Source: Heterodontus francisci (lineage: Eukaryota). From it: a DNA stretch of 64,000 bases. Every line of letters starts with the position of its first letter. The stretch's first letter is position 1. Where the stretch lies: the NCBI RefSeq assembly GCF_036365525.1, contig NC_090404.1:20715134-20779133 (forward strand). The letters are read 5' to 3'. Made by a program: the position numbers and the translations under genes. Positions 49,660 to 61,698 of this stretch are shown here, piece after piece. Below the pieces are notes generated by a model that saw only the letters and a list, made by a program, of their open reading frames with translations, was not told the origin of the DNA and made no database searches.

Positions 49660-50381
49660 CATGACCTGTCATAGATGATGGGTTTGGAAAGTGGGGATTG
49701 TTAATGCAGTGGCAAACATAATGAAAATGCGAGTACTGGGGTAATGGATGTAATACTGTAGCATTCAACAACGAAACAAATGAACACAAAATATATGCAG
49801 ACAACACAGGTGAAAGATGTAAGCCTGGATAGCCTTCTGCCACCCGCCGCTGTTCAGAGAGATGTCCCCACATGATAACTTGGCCACGGTCATGTGCATG
49901 CAGACTATAATCTCTATCACCATTGACCTGTAAAAGGGCAGCAGCAGGTGAGACCAACAGACACTAAAGTTTGTGGCGCAGAGAATGAAGTGGCTCCTTA
50001 TTAGAGTTTTTGATGTTATTATGGTTGAGTATCACAGTGGATTGCAAATCTTGATCATTATCCATGATACATAAAGTTATAAACTCCCCTTTCAGAAGGT
50101 TGTGCACGAAGTTCTTTACAGCTTCTATAAGAAATGATTTTTTTTTTGCTGGTACTGTTATATTGGCTGATATATTCGGCACACTAACTATGATGCGACA
50201 AATATCCAGTGGCACCAGTATACGGATTAACACGTAATATGCTGGCACCATTACCAACAATCACAGTAATATAAGCGGATAAAATTTGAGATGTAAAAGA
50301 GATATAAGTATTGACTGGAACCAGTAAAACTGGACGGAGGAAACCCAGCCAACGACAGTCTGTGAGATTGGTGACAGTCAT
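49660..50381 (-). pseudogene. Olfactory receptor (OR) pseudogene
   Basis: In order on the minus strand: MTVTNLT (N-glycosylation site), AYITVIVGN, PAYYVL...DI...VP, ICNPL*YSTIIT, CMHMTVAKLSCGDISLN, KA...HL and KPIIY. Frameshifts, a stop and a TM5 deletion; splice acceptor just upstream (50427-50428). Confidence 0.85.
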
Positions 50382-50689
50382 GGTCTAGGGAGAAAATGAT
50401 CAAGTTCATCTCCGAGAGAAGAGAATCTGTAAAAGAGAAGCAGTGCCAGTAAGTGCGAAGAGACTGATTCCATCCTCACCTCACTCCCCCTTCACAACAA
50501 TGTGTCTCTTTTACAAGTGGGTGGGCTTTGGTCGAGATGTTGAAGGTCACAATATGTATTAGTTTGGTTCAGTGGTAACTGTCCAGTATTTTAATCGGGC
50601 AAATGTAACTTCGATCCACCTGCAGAATTAAATTGGATCAGATAGCGGCTGATAGCCCATTGCAGTACCCAGGAAGATGTCTCATAGGC

Positions 50690-51070
50690 ACATGGAAACA
50701 GGACTAGGCTATTCAGCCCATCGAGCCTGCTTCACCATTCAATTAGATCATGGCTGATCATCTACCTGATATCCACTCTCCTGCACAATCCCTATATCCC
50801 TTGATGTCATTAGTATCCAGATATCCATCAATTTCTATCTTGAACATGCCCAATGATTGAGCATCCACAGCCTCTGCTGTGTAAAATTCCAAACTTTCAC
50901 TACCCTCTAAGTGAAGAAATACCTTCCCATCTCAGTCTTAAATGACCTACCCCTTATTCTGAGACAATTTCCTCGGGAGCTAGGCTCAGCAACCAGGGGA
51001 AACATCATATCTACACTCACCCTGTCACGCCCTGTAAGAATTTTTTTTTTAGGTTTCAATGAGATCACCT
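50690..51070 (-). mobile_element. CR1 3' end
   Basis: RIRGRSFKTEMGRYFFT and a typical CR1 terminus. Confidence 0.8.
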
Positions 51071-51532
51071 CAGAGAATACAGGATGATGTAACATGCTCT
51101 GTAGCGCTATTTGAAGAATGATTTTCAGTTTGCCCAGGTCAACATTCCTTCCTCAAAACATATCATTTCTGTCACTGTAGGATCTTCCTGTGTGCAAATT
51201 GTAATATTATTTACATAAGCTGTTACTAGGTAGATTATGTATATAGACATTAAGCATCATCACAGGAGTCTGAACCCCTTGTTGTTCACCTTTTATGAAG
51301 ATGTCTTGGAGATAAGACCCTGTAAATAAGCTCCTGTTATTTTGATCCAAAGGCTACTGTCTTCATTAAATACTAACAGCACATTGACCAGTATAGTTTA
51401 TGGTGGCAGCGGGAAAAAATACTTTTGTATTGTAAAGATGGAAGATGTGAAAATATCAGAGAGAAGCATGGAAAGGTCAACATCCTTACTGGAGACTTTT
51501 GAGCAAGTGGCAGGGCCCAACCAGTCTGAGGT

Positions 51533-51851
51533 TTATTTTTTTATTTAGAGATACAGCACTGAAACAGGCCCTTCGGCCCACCGAGTCTGTGCCGACCAAG
51601 AACCACCCATTTATACTATCCCTACAGTAATCCCATATCCCCTGCCACCTATCTCCACTAGGAGCAATTTACAATGGCTAATTTACATACCACCTGCAAG
51701 TCTTTGGCAGTGGGAGGAAACCGGAGCAGCTGGCGAAAACCCACGTGGTCACAGGGAGAACTTGCAAACTCCACACAGGCAGCACCCAGAATTGAACCCA
51801 GATCCTTGGAGCTGTGAAGCTGCAGTGCTAACCACTGCGCACTGTGCTGCC
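51533..51851 (-). mobile_element. HE1-like SINE
   Basis: Reverse complement of the SINE at 3350. Confidence 0.85.
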
Positions 51852-52290
51852 CTAATTGACCAATTTGAAGATTCGACAGGTACCAGGTGTCAGATCTAGC
51901 GGGATGGCCAGATTGGGAACAGGCCAGTATTTTACTGTATGCCATGGGAGACAGTATAGAGGACATTTTTAACTAACCTGGGGATCGATTAAAAGGAAAT
52001 ACCATATGGCAAAGTAATAAGAGCCTTGGAGGGATGCTTTAAGAGAAGAGAGAATGTTATCATGGAAGGGGCGAAATTCAACAAACACGGCCAAAAAATG
52101 CTTAAAGCATTGATTCATTCATTAATAATCTATAAGAAATTGCTATTGATTGTGACTACAGGAGTTTGTGAGAAAAAACTGATTTGGGACAGTCATCCAG
52201 GTCACAAATGAAGCCCTATCAGACCAGCTTCAGTCGAAAGAGGATTTAACTTGTCAAAAATCCAGTCTATTGAACAGGCAGGTAGAGATT

Positions 52291-52628
52291 TTAGATTTAG
52301 AGATACAGCACTGAAACAGGCCCTTCGGCCCACCAAGTCTGTGCCGACCATTAACCACCCATTTATACTAATCCTACACTAATCCCATATTCCTACCACA
52401 TCCTCACCTGTCCCTATATTCCCCTACCACCGACTTATACTAGGGGCAATTTATAATGGCCAACTTACCTATCAACCTGCAAGTCTTTTGGCTGTGGGAG
52501 AAAACCGGAGCACCCGGAGGAAACCCATGCAGACACAGGGAAAACTTGTAAACTCTACACAGGCAGTACCCCGAATTGAACCCGGGTCGCTGGAGCTGTG
52601 AGGCTGTAGTGCTAACCACTGCGCCACT
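52291..52628 (-). mobile_element. HE1-like SINE
   Basis: Reverse complement of the SINE at 3350. Confidence 0.85.
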
Positions 52629-53489
52629 CGTGGGAGTTCAACCTCAAAAATTCTAGAATCAGTTGAGTCTGTGGAGAAGACAGAATAATGGCGCCAGAAA
52701 GCCTGAGAGGGTGGGAGGGTGGGGCGGGGGGTGGGGGTGGTGGGAAAGACATTTACAGGCAGCAACACTGAATTGAAATAGGGGAGGCCAGAGGCAGTAC
52801 CAGCGGGAAATTTGCCCAACCCGAGAAGCTGAATGATTCTGGTGCAAGGAAAGGCAGCACTTTCAGCAGGTCTGTTGCAGAAGGAAACAAATGCTGCAGG
52901 CCATCGAAAAATAGATGAACTAAACGGGAAACAAACGATCAATGTTCCCTTCCTTGGGGAAGTGCAACAGAAAAACGAAGATTGCTGGGAAGCAGAAACC
53001 TCAGTGGGGGAAAATAAAACCAACTTCAAATTGGATAGAGGAGGAGCAGTTTCTGTCCTGTCTGATAAAATGCCACGTTTGTGTAAGGAAAGGCTTGGGA
53101 AAACTAACAAGAAATTATACATCCTGAGAGGGATTTAATTGTTGGAGAAATACAAATAACCTTAACACACGGAAATAACACCTTTCTGAAACCCTATATG
53201 TTATAAAGAACCAAGCCTGTTCATTGCTCAGTGAGAAAGCTTGTTTACCCATACAGCTGTTATGCAGGGTGGAATAGAGCATAGGACAAGAGAAACAGTC
53301 CAGTGATCTTAGAGCTGAACTCCCCAAATTATTTTAAGGTTTAGGAAAATTAAAAACAGTATCACAATACTCTCAACAAGGAGGTAGAAGCAACATGTTT
53401 GTTCACCCTGAGAAAGGTCCCAGACCCACTCCTGGGAAAGATAAAGATGTAAATCAATCCCTTGCTAAACCGAGGAGTTATTTCCGCAG

Positions 53490-54941
53490 TGACAAAAACC
53501 CATCTACCCAGCAATGTGGAACATTGCCCAGGTATGTTCTATCCACACAAACCAGGACAAATTCAACCGGACCAATTACCGCACCATCAGTCTACTCTCG
53601 ATCATCAGCAAAGTGATAGAAAGGGTCATCCACAGTGCTATTAAGAGGCACTTGCTCACCAATAACTTGCTCACTGACGCTCAGTTTAGGTTCTGCCAGG
53701 GCCACTCAGCTCCTGACCTCATTACAACCTTTGGCCAAACATGGACAAAAGAGCTGAACTGGAGAGGTGAGGTATGAGTGACTACCCTTGACATCAAGAA
53801 AACATTTGACTGAGTATGGCATCAAGGAGCCCTAGCAAAACTGGAGTCAATGGGAATCAGGGGGAAAAGTCTCCGCTGGTTGGCGCCATAGCTAGCAGAA
53901 ACGATAATGGTTGTGGCTGTTGGAAGTCAATCATCTCAGCTGTAGAACATCACTGCAGGTGTTCCTCAGAGTAATATCCTCGGCCCAACCATCTTCAGCT
54001 GCTTCATCAATGACCTTCCTTCAGTCATAAGATCAGAAGTGAGGATATTCGTTGATGATTGAGCAATGTTCAGCACCATCCATGACTCCTCAGATACTGC
54101 AGCAGTCCGTGTAGAAATGCAGCAAGACTTGGACAATATCCAAGCTTGGGCTGATAACTGACAAGTAACATTCGCAGCAAACAAGTGCCAGGCAATGACC
54201 ATCTCCAACAAGAGTGGATCAAACCATCTCCTCTAGACATTCAGTGGCATTATGATCGCCGAATCCTCCACTATCAACATCCTGGGGGTCGCCATTGACC
54301 AGAAACTGAACTGGAGTAGCCATATAAATACTGTGGCTGCAAGAGCAGATCAGAGGCTAGGAATCCTGCACTGAGTAACCCACCTCCTGACTCCCCAAAA
54401 CCTGCCCACCATGTACAAGGCACAAGTCAGGAGTGTGGTGGAATACTTTCCACTTCCCTGAATGGGTGCAGCTCCAACAATACTCAAGAAGCTCGGCATC
54501 ATCCAGGATAAAGCAACCTATTTGATTGGCACCCCATTCACAAGCAGTCACTCCCCCCATCACCGACGCACCATGGGAACAGTGTATACCATCTACAAGA
54601 TGCACTGCAGCAACACACAAAGTGTCTTTAGACAACACCTTCCAAACCCACGACCTCTACCACCTAGAAGGACAAGGGAAGCAGATGCATGGGGTCACCA
54701 TCGCTTGCAAATTCCCCTCCAAGTCACACACTATTTTGACTTGGAATTATATCGCCGTTCCTTCAGTATCGCTGGGTTAAAATCCTGGTACTCCCTTCCT
54801 AACAGAACTATGGGTGCACCTACCCCACATGGACTGCAGCGGTTCAAGAGGCAGCTGGCCACCACCTTCTCAAGGGCAATTAGGAATGGGCAACAAATAC
54901 TGGCCTAGCCAGTGATGCCCACAACCCATGATTGAAAAAAA
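53490..54941 (+). mobile_element. Second CR1/L2-group LINE family, RT to 3' end
   Basis: NYRTISLLSIISKVIE and QQDLDNIQAW; same tail as 23490-24348. Confidence 0.87.
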
Positions 54942-55016
54942 CGTGTGTTGTGCAGTGGTCATGACTCTCCATGAAATGGAATATCACATTATCTCATTGT
55001 TCTGAGCTAATGTCAC

Positions 55017-57118
55017 TGTACCATACTGTTCAGTGTGCTGTTAATATTAAATGAGGATAGGAGAATTCTGGTCAAAGTAACAGGAGTTTTTTTTTTTTAC
55101 AGGGGTCTCGAAAGCCTCCACATTAACACTGAACAGCACTAGGTTCAAATCCGTAACTACACATCCTGTGGTATTGCTTAAGGTCGATATACATAATCTA
55201 CCCAGCAACAACTTATGTACATTATATGACATCTCCCCCCACGTCTCTGACTTCATTCATCAGGTCTGTAATGCTTGGGGTTCTAACGAATCTGCCATAG
55301 CGCATTCTTCTTTCACTTGTTTGGGATATTGGTTCTTTCGGTTCTTCTTCCTCACTGTCCTGTGGGTCAATGGCTCTACTGGATAACTCAGGTTCTCTGC
55401 TTTCACTGTCGTCTGAGTGACCTGCTGTTGATTGTATCAGTGGTTCATCAGCGCTATGGTAGCTGATTCTCTTGATTTTTCCACATTATTTTTTTTGTTC
55501 TGTGATGTCAGTTCCAATGATGATCTATTCCTTTGTATCCATCCCTGGTCTCTCTGGACTCCATGGGATAGAGGATATGGAGATTTCTCCATCACTTCCC
55601 CAGATTGACCCTGATCTTTAATCCAAACTAAATTTCCAGGTCGTCGGTCTGTTTGTTTTCATTTATTTATTTTTGCCCTGTAGCATCTATCATGATTCTC
55701 CGTTTGGATTTGCCTCTCTTTGCCTGCTCTCAGCCATGCCTCCTGCTCTGATTCAAGGCTCAATGGCGCTTGGGAGTGTGGACAGTTGTGTTCGCAGTCT
55801 CCTACCCGTTAGCAACTCATGTGGGGCCAACCCGTTCTGGAGTGGCATTGATTGATAGTTTAATAGTGCCAGCTGAAAATTCTCTTTTTTTTTAAATTAG
55901 TATTTTCATGGTTCGAACTCCTCTCTCCACATCTCAATTACCCTAGGTGTACCACAGTGAACTGGCAACATCGGCAAACCCATAGGTTTCGCCAAAATCT
56001 TTGAAGGCTTCATTCGTGAATTGTGGACCATTATAGGAGATCACTAGGTATGGAATGGTATGTGTGGTGAAAGTTTATTTTAGTGATCTTCCCTTTATGT
56101 TCCAACAGGCCCATTCCCAGGCGCTCCCCATGGCCTGGACGGAAATGAGGATGACATTAATGGGTCTCCAGCGTCATGGCTGGCAATAGCAGATGTGATA
56201 CACATGGAAATCATGTCTTCCATCTGCTTGGAAACTCCCAGTTACCATACTGAGTTCCTTGCTCTTGCTCTACACTTGCTGATTCTTAAGTGTGCTTGGT
56301 GTAGTTTCTCCAGCATGTCTGATCTTAAAGCCCTTAGAATAACTCGTCTTTCATCGTACAATAGTATGTCCACCACGATAGTAATATGGATTTGCTGTTC
56401 ATGATACTTTATTAAAATGGGGTTATTCGGCTTATATTCTGGCCAACCATCTTGGCAGAACTGTCTTACTTTTTCGTAGACTCCGTCCTCTTTCTGTAGC
56501 TTTCTAATTGAGCGTAATCTTTGAGCAATTGCCAACAAACCTTTGCTTATAGCTAAGGAAAAGGCTCACAATCCCTCCACGAATGAGACAACCCCCACTT
56601 CAGGGATAGCAATTGCTACTCTTTATTTATTTAGAGATACAGCACTGAAACAGGCCCTTCGGCCCACCGAGTCTGGGCCGAGCAACAATCACCCATTTAT
56701 ACTAAACCTACAGTAATCCCATATTCCCTATCACCGACAACACTAGGGCAATTTACAATGGACAATTTACCTATCACCTGCAAGTCTTTGGCGGTGGGAG
56801 GAAATCAGAGCACCCGGCGAAAACCAACGTGGTCACAGGGAGAACTTGCAAACTCTGCACAGGCAGTACCCAGAATTGAATCCGGGTCCCTGGAGCTGTG
56901 AAGCTGCGGTGCTAACCACTGCGCCACTGTGTTCTTGATAAAACGTCAGCTGTCACCTGATGTTTGCCTGGGAGATATGCAGTTGTTATATCTCATTAGT
57001 CGTAGCCAAAATTTCTGTGCACTTGGGAGTAAGCTTGCTAAGTCCTGTGAATTAAGCAACGTCGCTAGTGGATTGTGGTCAGTTTTCATATTGAACCTGA
57101 GGCCCAGAACGTAGTCTG
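55017..57118 (-). mobile_element. Gypsy LTR element 3' half (RNase H, integrase, PPT, LTR)
   Basis: Minus strand: DYVLGLRFNMKTDHNPL (RNase H), LEKLHQAHLRISKCRARARNSVW (integrase), PPT GGGGGGAGA, and LTR 55017-55231 homologous to 51200-51400. Confidence 0.85.
56622..56932 (-). mobile_element. HE1-like SINE
   Basis: Reverse complement of the SINE at 3350. Confidence 0.85.
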
Positions 57119-57119
57119 A

Positions 57120-57570
57120 ACATTTTTTTGCATGCCCACGTTGCTGTCAATTAAGAAGGTGGTGGTGAGCTGCCTTCTTGAACCGCTGCAGTTCATGTGA
57201 GGTAGGTACACCTACAGTGCTGTTAGGAAGGGAGTTCCAGGATTTTGATCTAGCGACAGTGAAGGAACAGCGATATATTTCCAAGTCAAGATGGTGTGTG
57301 GCTTGGAGGGGAACTTGGAGCTGGTGATGTTCCCATGCATCTGCTGCCCTTGTCCTTCTAGGTGGTAGAGGTCCTGGGTTTGGAAGGTGATGTCTAAGGA
57401 GCCTTGGTGCGTGGCTGCAGTGCATCTTGTAGATGGTACACACTGCTGCCACTGTGCGTCTGTGGTGGAGAGAGTGAATATTGAAGGTGTTGGATGGTGC
57501 CAGTCAAGCGGGCTGTTTTGGCCTGGATGGTGTCGAGCTTCTTGAGTGTTGTTGGAGCTGCACCCATCTT
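57120..57570 (-). mobile_element. Second LINE family, 3' fragment
   Basis: MGAAPTTLKKLDTIQ and AVCTIYKMHCS on the minus strand. Confidence 0.85.
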
Positions 57571-57859
57571 AGCTTTATTCTGGGAAATCATATGAATAAT
57601 TCAAACCTCTGAGGTGTGGCCGCTACAAACACAGTGTCTCCATCAAGAAATTCAAAGAGGTACCCTTTGATTAGAGTCTTCACACTTCCTATTATGACCT
57701 TCCTAAATAAACATGGGCCACCCTTTTATTTTAACCTCCCTAGATTTGTTAGCCAGCTTCTCAAATCAGTTGTTTTAATTTGTCTTGCATTAAAAAAAAA
57801 ACAATTCCCAAATTAAAAGTTACCTTTGGACAATTAATCCAACCATGAACGAGGTGATT

Positions 57860-58356
57860 GTAACAGCCTGGATAGGTGCAGCTCCAGCAGGACTCAAGAA
57901 GCTAGGCACCATCAGGACAAAGTAGCCCGCTTGATTTGCACCCCATCTACGACTTTAAACATTCACTCCATCTACCACCAGAGTAAATGGCAGCATTGTG
58001 TCCCATATGCAAGATGCACTGCAGCAACGTGCCAAGTCTCCTTTGAAAGCACCTTCCAAACATGCGACCTCTGCCAATGAAAAGACTAATGCCAACAGTT
58101 GAATGGAAAAGCAACCACATACAATTCTTCCTCCAAGACACCATCCTGACATGGAACTAAAGCGCTGCTCCATCACTGTCGCCGGGTCAAAATCCTGGAA
58201 CTCCCTTCCTGGCAGCATTCTGGGTGTACCTACAACAGATGAACTGCAGTGGTTCGAGATGGAAGCTCACTGCCACCTTCTCCATGGCAATTAGAGATGG
58301 GCAATAAATGCTGGTTTTGCCAGTGATGCTCACAACTCATGAAAGAATAAGAAAAA
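57860..58356 (+). mobile_element. Second LINE family, 3' fragment (more diverged)
   Basis: Same 3' sequence and GGGCAATAAATGCTGG tail. Confidence 0.8.
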
Positions 58357-58555
58357 TGTCCTTTCCTGATGGCCCATAGCACGTCGTGGATGTCCAATTC
58401 TGAGTTTCTAGATCTGTTAGTGGGACAGTGAGAGTGCCATAGATTACAATGTAACCTGCCATCTGTATGAAGACGTGACTTGGTCTTTATGAAGACAGTG
58501 CAGTGACCATTCGTACCAATGCTATCTTGTACAGATGCATCTAGGACAGGCATTA

Positions 58556-59591
58556 GGATTTTTCCGAATGGCAGGCAGTGACGAGTGGGGCACCACAGGG
58601 ATCGGTGCTGGGACCCCAGCTATTCACAATATATATTAATGATTTAGATGAGGGAACTAAATATAATATCTCCAAATTTGCAGATGACACAAAACTGGGT
58701 TGGAGGGTGAGTTGTGAGGAGGATGCAGAGAGGCTTCAGGGTGATTTGGAAAAGTTGAGTGAGCGGGCAAATGCATGGCAAATGCAGTATAATGTGGATA
58801 AATGTGAGGTTATCCACTTTGGTAGAAAAAACAGGAAGGCAGATTATTACCTGAACGCCTTTAAACTGAGAGAGGGGAATATGCAACGAGACCTGGGTGT
58901 CCTCGTACACCAGTCACTGAAGGTAAGCATGCAGGTGGAACAGGCGGTAAAAAAGGCAAATGGTACTTTGGCAAGAGGATTCGAGTACAGGAGCAGGGAC
59001 GTCTTGCTGCAATTATACAGGGACTTGGTGAGGCCACACCTGGAATATTGTGTGCAGTTTTAGTCTCCTTATCTGACGAAGGATATTCTTGCTATAGAGG
59101 GAGTGCAGTGAAGGTTTACCAGACTGATTCCTGGGATGGCAGGAGTGACATATGAGGAGAGATTGAGTCGGTTAGGATTATATTCGCTGGAGTTCAGAAG
59201 AGTGAGGGGGGATCTCATAGAAACCTATAAAATTCTAACAGGACTTGACAGGGTAGATGCAGGAAGGATGTTCCCGATGGTGGGGGAGTCCAGAACCAGG
59301 GGTCATAGTCTAAGGATACGGGGTACACCTTTCAGGACTGTGATCAGGAGAAATTACTTCACCAAGAGAGTGGTGAGCCTGTGGAATTCGCTAACACAGA
59401 AAGCAGTTGAGGCCAAAACATTGTATGTTTTCAAGAAGGAGTTAGATATAGCTCTTGGGGTGAAAGGGATCAAAGGATATAGGGGGAAAGTGGTAACAGG
59501 TTACTGAGTTGGATGATCAGCCATGATCGTAATGAATGGCGCAGCAGTCTCGAAGGGCCGAATGGCCTACTCTTGTTCCTATTTTCTATGA
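58556..59591 (+). mobile_element. 5'-truncated CR1
   Basis: GAPQGSVLGP, KFADDTK, RPHLEYCVQF and the CR1 3' UTR. Confidence 0.9.
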
Positions 59592-60685
59592 TGAGGACGA
59601 TGTTTTTAATCCCCTTGAGCTGTTTCATTCACTGCCTACCACAAGCGCAGGCTGGCAGCTATGTCCTTCAGCACTTGGCCAGCTCAGTCATTGGTGATAC
59701 TAATGAGCCACTCTTTGTGATGGACATTTATGTCCCCTACTCAGAATATAGTCTAAGCTTGTACTCTATTTAGTGCTTCGCCTAAGTGATTTGAGCATTC
59801 GATGTACAGGTTTATCAGCTGAATAAAGGCAGTAGGTGATAATTAGCAGGAAGTTTCCTTGTTCATGTTTGCAATGCAGCCATGAACTGTTAAGGGGTAC
59901 ATCACCAACATTAAATATTGTCAGGGTCTCTATCCCCTGACTGGATCCCGCTGTATGCACATATCTGTGCTATTGGTGGACAGGAGTTATCCAAGGGTGG
60001 TGTTGGGAGATTTTGGAATGTAGACTGATACGAATGATTCTGAGTGTATGGATATATAAAGCAGTTGCTGAACTAGTCTGAGACAGCATTCCCAACTATA
60101 GTGCCAGTCCTCAGATGTTGGTGTGGAGGGATTTGCAGCATCGGCTGTGCCTGGGTTAGTATTTGTTGTCTCTGCATTCAATGCCTAGTTTGCAGCCCAT
60201 TAAATCCATCGTATTTATGCTTTTATTCATTTCTAGCTGATTGATACAGCTGACTGTTTCTTCTCGGCCACTTCAGAGGGCAGTTAAGAGTCAACTGAAG
60301 TGGTGTGGAATTGGAGTCACATCTGGGCGACACCAGATAAGAACGGCAGGTTTTATTCCATAAAGAAAATAAATTTCCCTTTAAAACTCTTTGGCATCTA
60401 TGTTTATCCATCCTATTGCTGCAGAAGTGAAGGTAAAATCAACTGCACTAACTTGTTTGCTCAGTGACTGTAAGTAACATTAATTGTGAAGTAACTTAAT
60501 CTATTTGTTTACTGACTGTATCTTAAAGGTGCTATCACTTAACATGTTTGTTCTGTGACTGTAACTAACATTAATGGTGATGTCATCTAATTGGAGGTTT
60601 AGAATCGGGTATAATTGAGGATCCTTTGAATACCGAACAGTGCTTGTGTGGAATGCCAAACAGACATCACTGCATCTCAAAGAAA

Positions 60686-60755
60686 ATGCACGCCCCATCC
60701 AGAGGCCTAGCGTATGCCATTTACTACACTGCCCTTGCAGCTATCGCTGTTCCAG
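60686..60755 (+). CDS. GPR139/GPR142-like GPCR gene 3, coding exon 1 (exon 2 not in window)
   Basis: MHAPSRGLAYAIYYTALAAIAVP followed by a G|GTAAA donor; same 70-bp length and GAAATGCA-like start context as genes 1 and 2. Confidence 0.85.
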
Positions 60756-61544
60756 GTAAAATATTACTGCATGTTATTCGTTATTTAATTGAATGAATTT
60801 AACCCGTTTCTCAAGCAGCTAGAACTTAAGCTCTGGTTGGATTGCATCTGAAGAATTGTGTTCCATTCCAGGCCTCCCACCTCTGAAAGAATTTATTGGC
60901 CATGGAGGGGATGTAGCACCGATTCATCAGAACGATTCCGAGAATAAGATGTTTGAATTATAACAACAGGTTGCATAAACGCGTTCTGATGTAGAGATAT
61001 TTAAGATGGTTAAAGTATTTGTTAGGGCGGTGAACCAGATGTTTTTCCTCTGCTGGAGGAGTCCACAAAAGAAGTGGCACGACCTTAACATTAGAGCTAG
61101 CCCCTTCAGAGGTGATGTCAAGAAGTGCTTCTTCAGACAAAGTCTAGGGTAAATCTGGAACTCCCTCCTCCAAAAAGGAGGTTGAGACAAGGACAACTTA
61201 AATTGTCGAAACTCACGTTGATAGTTTTTTTTTTGGCCTGGTAAGTGCATTAAGGAAATAGATCGGAGACGAGTTAATGGATTTAGAATGCACATCAGTC
61301 ATTGAACTGAATAGCATAACAGATTCTAAGGCCTGATGTTCCTATGTGCCTAATCTTTATGTCAACTGTGAAGCAAAACGTGGGCTCCAATAGGTGTAAT
61401 ATTATGTAAAATACAGAAATCCTGCTCATTGTTTAGCATTAAAATGAAGATTCCCCCAGTTAATATGATTGGGAGATGTGGACTGTGAATGTGACCTTCT
61501 CATCATCTCAAAATTGAACAAAACGTAAGAAAACGGAAAGCCTC

Positions 61545-61698
61545 AATTAATCGATATGGCTGTAAGAATGACATGAAAATAAGGGACAAGAATTAATAAA
61601 CATGGCTGTAGGAAGTACATGGAGGTCAAGGGGCATCAATTAATAGACATAGCTGTAGGTATACCACGGGAGAAGAGGCACCAATTAATAGATATGAC
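61545..61698. repeat. ~46-bp tandem repeat (3+ copies) in gene 3 intron
   Basis: AATTAATAGACATGGCTGTAGG... recurs at ~61545, 61591, 61638 and 61683. Confidence 0.7.

Larger units (their letters stand above)
51200..53490 (+). mobile_element. Gypsy LTR element 5' half (LTR, PBS, gag, protease, RT start) with two SINE insertions
   Basis: LTR 51200-51400; PBS TGGTGGCAGCGG at 51401; gag ILLYAMG / RENVIMEGAKFN; degenerate knuckle at ~52812; protease FKLDRGGAVSVLS. Confidence 0.8.

Noticed and set aside
49208-49957. 249-aa minus-strand ORF as a gene
   Set aside because: Off-frame read through the OR pseudogene and into the MITE.
52472-53122. 216-aa minus-strand ORF
   Set aside because: Antisense to Gypsy gag/protease and runs into a SINE; no coherent protein.
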